A stretch of DNA of 32,000 bases from Candidatus Kuenenia stuttgartensis (GTDB lineage Bacteria > Planctomycetota > Brocadiia > Brocadiales > Brocadiaceae), in contig NZ_LT934425.1 in assembly GCF_900232105.1 (NCBI RefSeq), positions 3,450,001 to 3,482,000 on the forward strand, written 5' to 3'. Made by a program: the position numbers and the translations under genes. The stretch's first letter is position 1. Every line of letters begins with the position of its first letter. A model generated the notes under the pieces. That model saw only the letters and a list, made by a program, of their open reading frames with translations. It was not told where the DNA came from and did not search any database. Below, in pieces: positions 27,324-32,000 of this stretch.

Positions 27324-27500
27324 ATGGCAGCGAGAGAGATGTGTCCGTTTATAACAACACCGCCGAGCAATGATTGTTATTGTATAAATGCCGATAGTCT
27401 GAAAATCCCATCGTTTCTTGAGTACTGTACAAATAATTTCCAAAGATGTAATTTTTACATCACACACTTAAAAAAGACACATGTATCCCCGGCAAGGTGA
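27324..27500 (+). CDS. Cys-rich microprotein (58 aa)
   Basis: GAAGGAGGAAAAAAGAA SD, then ATG 27324; MAAREMCPFITTPPSNDCYCINADSLKIPSFLEYCTNNFQRCNFYITHLKKTHVSPAR*; C-X10-C-X-C-X14-C-X6-C. Confidence 0.65.
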   Translation: MAAREMCPFITTPPSNDCYCINADSLKIPSFLEYCTNNFQRCNFYITHLKKTHVSPAR

Positions 27501-27607
27501 TTCCCCGGGAAGATGATGTTTTTCAGCCTGTTAGAGATGAAAAAGCAACGGGAAATTTTCAGCGGAAAAACTACGGCTATAGCCAAAAGCATCTATTTCC
27601 ATAAAGT

Positions 27608-27884
27608 TGTAATACTTTGTAATACTTTGTTTTTTTGAAAAGTAGGGGCGAAGCATTTGCCCATTTGGGTATGAACGAATTTATGACAATTTACAGCAAA
27701 TGCTTCGCCCCTACACTTACACTATACGGCAAAACATCGCTATTGTTGAGTTTTTTAAAATATTCACGTGTGCCTGTTATATAAGGAATAAAACATTTTC
27801 CTTGTAATGGCACGAAACGCCTTGCCACTACAAATCATACCTCCCTATAGGCCGATTTTTTTCCAAAAAACTAAAATGTTACCT
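27608..27884. mobile_element. TGTAATACTTTG-TIR element with GGGGCGAAGCATTTGC-type cargo
   Basis: Left TGTAATACTTTGTAATACTTTGTTTTTTTGAAAA; right CCAAAAAACTAAAATGTTACC; cargo TAGGGGCGAAGCATTTGC...GCAAATGCTTCGCCCCTA. Confidence 0.65.
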
Positions 27885-28181
27885 TTTTTGTGTTCCCACA
27901 AATATCCTGCCGATATAATCCTCAATCCGGATAATAGACGTGTCTGAATTCCAACCCCGACGAATCCTATCAAAACAATGGCGCGATTGTATCAAAAAGA
28001 AAGGAAAAAGTTTTCCCGAAATTCAATACAATATATCAACAAAGTCGTCGTTTGCTTTTTCTACAATTACCCGTTACAATGCGAAAAATGTTTATTTCAT
28101 TCAGGTGATTTTTTACCGGTAATTATTGTTCATCTTCACTGACTTTTTTACATCCCTTTTTATAAAAAGGAGCGCCTCACA

Positions 28182-31100
28182 ATGAAACGCATGAATTTCC
28201 TTACAATAATAACTCTTTTCATAGCAACGTTATCCCTCCCCTTTCATTCTTCCGTAACTCTGGGAGATGGCGCTAAAGAAGAACAATTCCTCAAAAATAC
28301 GCGGCAATTAATCTACCAGGGCAAACGTTCGGGCGAGGGCTATTTTTCCGAAGACGGTAATGCCCTTATATTCCAGAGCGAACGGGAACCTGATAACCCG
28401 TTTTTCCAGATATACATTTTGGATCTCGAGACAGGAGATACTAATCGGGTTTCACCCGGAACGGGCAAGACCACCTGCTCGTTTATACGGCCAGGTTCAA
28501 ATGAGGTACTTTTTGCTTCCACACACCTTGACCCCGAAGCGACGGCAAAACAAAAAGCAGAATTTGATATTCGCGCTTCCGGGGAAAACAAGAGATTTAG
28601 CTGGGATTATGACGAACATTATGATATATTTTCCGCCCACCGTGATGGAAGCAATCCGAAACGCATGACGGAGGCATTGGGCTATGACGCCGAAGGGGCA
28701 TATTCTCCGGACGGCAGCAAGATTGTTTTTTGTTCATTGCGTGACGCATATCCCATCGAACATCTTTCCGCCGGGGATAAAAAACGTTTTGAAACCGACC
28801 CTTCATACTTCGGTGAAATCTACATTATGAATGCAGACGGCTCCGGACAAACCCGCCTGACCCATCAGCCCGGTTATGATGGAGGCCCGTTTTTCAGCCC
28901 TGACGGAAAACGCATCATTTGGCGTCATTTCAAAGAAAACGGTTTATTGGCAGATGTTTATACAATGAACCTGGACGGCTCAGACAAACGCAGATTAACC
29001 GATTTTGGCTCTATGTCCTGGGCGCCTTATTATCACCCCTCCAATACCTATATAATTTTTCATTCAAATAAATACGGATTTGCCAATTGCGAACTGTTTA
29101 TTGTTGATGTCTATGGCAAAAAAGAACCCGTTCGTGTTACTTTTACGGACGGCTTTGACGGTCTTCCGGTCTTTTCCCCTGACGGAAAGAAGCTCGTATG
29201 GACTTCAAACCGCACCCCGCAGAAAAATTCTCAGCTTTTTATCGCCGACTGGAATCACGAAGAAGCACTATCTGCACTCAATGCTTCACCTGTACGAAAA
29301 CAGTCAGAAACGACACCGGCATTCGAACTTCAGGAAAGCGCAGGGGGAATTACCTCGCAGGAACCTCCGCAGTCCTTCTCCTTTACTGAAAAAACAGACC
29401 ACCCCTTTTCTCCTCAAATCACCGAAGAAGATTTGCATACAATCGTTGCATACCTTGCTTCTGATGAGTTGGAAGGAAGGCTGACAGGCACAAAAGGCTC
29501 CAAAATGGCCTCTGATTATATTGCTCATCGGCTTGAAAAAATCGGGATATTGCCTGTTGACAAAAATGGCAACTACTTTCAGGGGTTTCCCTTTACTTCA
29601 GGCGTAGAAGTTATGCCGGAAGGCAATTTTCTTCACATTGCCAAAAGCGGCAAAGCAAACGACACAAAATCTTTTGAATTAGAGAAGGATTTTCGTCCGC
29701 TTGCTTTTACTGCAAGCGGTGTAGCTGACGGTGAACTGGTTTTTGCTGGATACGGCATCTCCATGCCGGGCGAAGATGGCGCAGGTTATGATTCATACGC
29801 TGGTATTGATGTAAAAGATAAAGTGGTTCTCGTCCTTAATTATATCCCCGAAAAGGTTGAAATGAAGAGACGCCACGATCTGAACCGTTATTCCGGATTG
29901 CGTTACAAAGCCATGATTGCCCGGGAACATGGTGCAAAGGCGCTGCTGGTGGTCACGGGGCCAAACTCCCCGGATGCGGGAGAACTGCTTCCCCTCACCT
30001 TTGATAATGCCTCAGCAGATTCCGGTATTGTAGCCGCATCAATAAGCGGCGATGCGGCGAAGGCACTCTTTTCCTTTATTGGAAAAGATATTGCTACGGT
30101 ACAATCTGAATTGGACATTGAAAAATCTGAAGCCCAAACCGCTTTTGCTATGCCGGGAATAAAAGCAACTATTTCCACCGCTGTAAAACGTGAAAAAACG
30201 TCAGATCACAATGTTATCGGATATCTGCCCCCTGCTGATGGTAAAGATGATTGCGAATACATCGTCGTGGGAGCACACTTAGACCACATTGGCTACGGTG
30301 GTACTGAATCCCTGGCGAGAAAAGGAGAAGAGGGAATGATACATAATGGGGCAGACGATAACGCCTCAGGGGTTTCCGTAGTGCTGGAATTAGCGGCTGC
30401 TCTGGCGGAAACATACAAAAAAAAACCACAAGATAAACGACGGGGACTTGTATTTGCGTTTTGGTCGGGGGAAGAAATGGGACTGCTGGGTTCCTCTCAT
30501 TTTATAAAAAACCCTGCCTTTCCCTTGAAAAATACAATTGCATACATAAATTTTGATATGGTGGGGAGGCTGAGAGACAACAAACTCATTATCCAGGGGG
30601 CAGGTTCCTCAAAATCATGGCCGCAATTGTTTGAAAAGCGCAATATCATGTCAGGCTTTAATCTCATACTTCAACACGACCCTTATCTGCCGACAGACGC
30701 CACCCCCTTTTACCAGGAAGGCGTCCCTATCATGAACTTCTTTACCGGAAGCCATGATGATTATAACCGGCCGACCGACGATACAGTGACTCTTAATTAC
30801 GAAGGTATGGCAAAGATCGCCCAATTTGCGAAGAATATCATTTCCGATTTGGTAAAAAGTCCCGGGCGGCCCGACTATTTTAAAGTAAAGAGTTCAGGAC
30901 CGCCTGATAGCCTGCATGGTTCCAGAAGAATATATTTAGGCACCATTCCCGACTTTACCACAGAAGATATTGAAGGTCTAAAACTGAGCGGCGTCAAGGC
31001 TGGAGGCCCTGCAGATAAAGCAGGCCTGCGGGACGGAGATATTATTGTCAGATTTGGAGATTTGAAAATCACTAATATCTATGATTATAAATATGCCCTC

Positions 31101-31193
31101 GACGTTATAAAAATTGGCGAGCCGGTGACGGTTGAATATTTAAGAAACGGAACGAGCGGCACACTCACCGTTATCCCGGAAGCAAAGAAGTAA
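28182..31193 (+). CDS. Secreted TolB-like beta-propeller / PA-domain / M28 aminopeptidase / PDZ fusion
   Basis: 1003 aa with signal peptide; PD40 repeats (SPDGSKIVF, SPDGKRIIW, SPDGKKLVW); M28 metal sites (VVGAHLDHIGYG, HNGADDNASG, WSGEEMGLLG, NFDMVGRL, GSHDDYNRPTDD); C-terminal PDZ (GLKLSGVKAGGPADKAGLRDGDIIVRFGDLKI). Confidence 0.95.
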   Translation: MKRMNFLTIITLFIATLSLPFHSSVTLGDGAKEEQFLKNTRQLIYQGKRSGEGYFSEDGNALIFQSEREPDNPFFQIYILDLETGDTNRVSPGTGKTTCSFIRPGSNEVLFASTHLDPEATAKQKAEFDIRASGENKRFSWDYDEHYDIFSAHRDGSNPKRMTEALGYDAEGAYSPDGSKIVFCSLRDAYPIEHLSAGDKKRFETDPSYFGEIYIMNADGSGQTRLTHQPGYDGGPFFSPDGKRIIWRHFKENGLLADVYTMNLDGSDKRRLTDFGSMSWAPYYHPSNTYIIFHSNKYGFANCELFIVDVYGKKEPVRVTFTDGFDGLPVFSPDGKKLVWTSNRTPQKNSQLFIADWNHEEALSALNASPVRKQSETTPAFELQESAGGITSQEPPQSFSFTEKTDHPFSPQITEEDLHTIVAYLASDELEGRLTGTKGSKMASDYIAHRLEKIGILPVDKNGNYFQGFPFTSGVEVMPEGNFLHIAKSGKANDTKSFELEKDFRPLAFTASGVADGELVFAGYGISMPGEDGAGYDSYAGIDVKDKVVLVLNYIPEKVEMKRRHDLNRYSGLRYKAMIAREHGAKALLVVTGPNSPDAGELLPLTFDNASADSGIVAASISGDAAKALFSFIGKDIATVQSELDIEKSEAQTAFAMPGIKATISTAVKREKTSDHNVIGYLPPADGKDDCEYIVVGAHLDHIGYGGTESLARKGEEGMIHNGADDNASGVSVVLELAAALAETYKKKPQDKRRGLVFAFWSGEEMGLLGSSHFIKNPAFPLKNTIAYINFDMVGRLRDNKLIIQGAGSSKSWPQLFEKRNIMSGFNLILQHDPYLPTDATPFYQEGVPIMNFFTGSHDDYNRPTDDTVTLNYEGMAKIAQFAKNIISDLVKSPGRPDYFKVKSSGPPDSLHGSRRIYLGTIPDFTTEDIEGLKLSGVKAGGPADKAGLRDGDIIVRFGDLKITNIYDYKYALDVIKIGEPVTVEYLRNGTSGTLTVIPEAKK

Positions 31194-31281
31194 ATGTACT
31201 GTAGCGAATTTCTTATTTATTGTATTACTTTCAAAAAGACAAGTGGAATATAACTTGGTTAAGGGAGCATTCCTGATTTTT

Positions 31282-31570
31282 TGCAACAGTTTAGATTTTT
31301 GGAAAACAAAAATGCTCGTTCCCAAGCTCCGGCTTGGGAACGTAATTGTGTTGGAAGCTCTAGCTTCCATTTAGCCGGCAAGCGAAGCTTCGTGTATTAT
31401 TCGATTCAAAAGATGTTTCTAAATATCTTGGGTAACATACTGAAAAGCCTCCAAGCTGACATCATGGGTTCATTCCCTTTTCCATTCGAAGCTGGAGCTT
31501 CTCAAACAATCCCGTTCCCAAGCCGGAGCTTGGGAACGAGCGGTTTTTTTCATAGGACTAAAGTATTACA
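31282..31570. mobile_element. TGCAACAGTTTAG-TIR element with nested hairpins
   Basis: Left TGCAACAGTTTAGATTTTTGGAAAA; right CATAGGACTAAAGTATTACA; both inner ends carry GTTCCCAAGCTCCGGCTTGGGAACG in opposite orientation; centre has GGAAGCTCTAGCTTCC and CGAAGCTTCG palindromes. Confidence 0.65.
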
Positions 31571-31706
31571 ATTCTTTGTAAAAAAACAAAATGTGTGAAG
31601 ATATACAAAAAATCGGGAATGCACCCCTTGGTTAAGTAGTTTGGTGGTTAAATAGTTAAGTGGTTGAAACGATTTAACGACACAACTTAAAGCAGGAGAT
31701 AATAAT

Positions 31707-32000
31707 ATGGATAATGTAATTTCTGTTATTTTAGGTGGGGGACGTGGAACGAGACTCTATCCCCTTACAAAAGAACGGTCAAAACCCGCAGTGCCTCTTG
31801 CCGGTAAATACCGGTTGATTGATATTCCAGTTAGTAATAGTCTGAATTCAGGGATAAATAAAATTTATGTTTTAACCCAGTTTAATTCCGCCTCCCTGCA
31901 CCGGCACATCACAAGGTCATATAAATTTGATAATTTCTCAAAAGGATTTATCGAAGTCCTTGCGGCAAACCAAACTATAGGCAGTTTGGACTGGTATCAG
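31707..32000 (+). CDS. glgC: Glucose-1-phosphate adenylyltransferase-like nucleotidyltransferase (truncated by window end)
   Basis: [74 protein letters not shown]; SD AGCAGGAG. Confidence 0.85.
   Translation, partial: MDNVISVILGGGRGTRLYPLTKERSKPAVPLAGKYRLIDIPVSNSLNSGINKIYVLTQFNSASLHRHITRSYKFDNFSKGFIEVLAANQTIGSLDWYQ

Noticed and set aside
24100-28000. CRISPR array possibility in the repeat-rich patch
   Set aside because: Repeats are inverted or irregularly spaced and lack the regular direct repeat/spacer periodicity; no cas genes in the window.

Overview
The window looks like a chromosomal segment of an anammox-type planctomycete (Kuenenia/Brocadia-like). That assignment is an inference from gene content and repeat style; no database was searched. 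Left and centre: a mostly minus-strand set of metabolic, lipid and envelope genes. These are a Zn-dependent dehydrogenase plus acyl-CoA synthetase pair, a Crp/Fnr regulator, glyS, a nucleotide-sugar dehydrogenase, a shortened cytochrome b6-like protein, a class III aminotransferase and a U32 peptidase. A candidate lipid/acyl operon follows (fatty-acyl/thioester reductase-like SDR, SCP2, DUF5666-like, MMPL/RND, ANL-type ligase), then an ArnT/GT39-like membrane protein. Right, plus strand: a YihY/BrkB protein, a repeat-rich accessory patch (24.0-28.0 kb) with fragments of toxin-antitoxin-like genes, an XRE regulator and a Cys-rich microprotein, then a TolB-M28-PDZ secreted peptidase and the start of a glgC-like gene. 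The most unusual layer is non-coding. (1) A family of modular elements is bounded by TGTAACACTTTAGTTTTTTGAAAAA inverted ends with different, nested palindromic cargo. (2) A 78-bp core between palindromic inverted arms occurs twice, with its orientation flipped relative to conserved flank. (3) Heptanucleotide tandem arrays occur at three loci, two of them inside direct repeats flanking the U32 gene. (4) The motif TACAAAAAATCGGGAATGCTCC recurs six times, twice exactly at gene truncation points. (5) A 282-bp element has 18-bp perfect terminal inverted repeats. (6) The cytochrome b6-like protein keeps all four haem-ligand His but lacks the PW..Q/cd-loop region.
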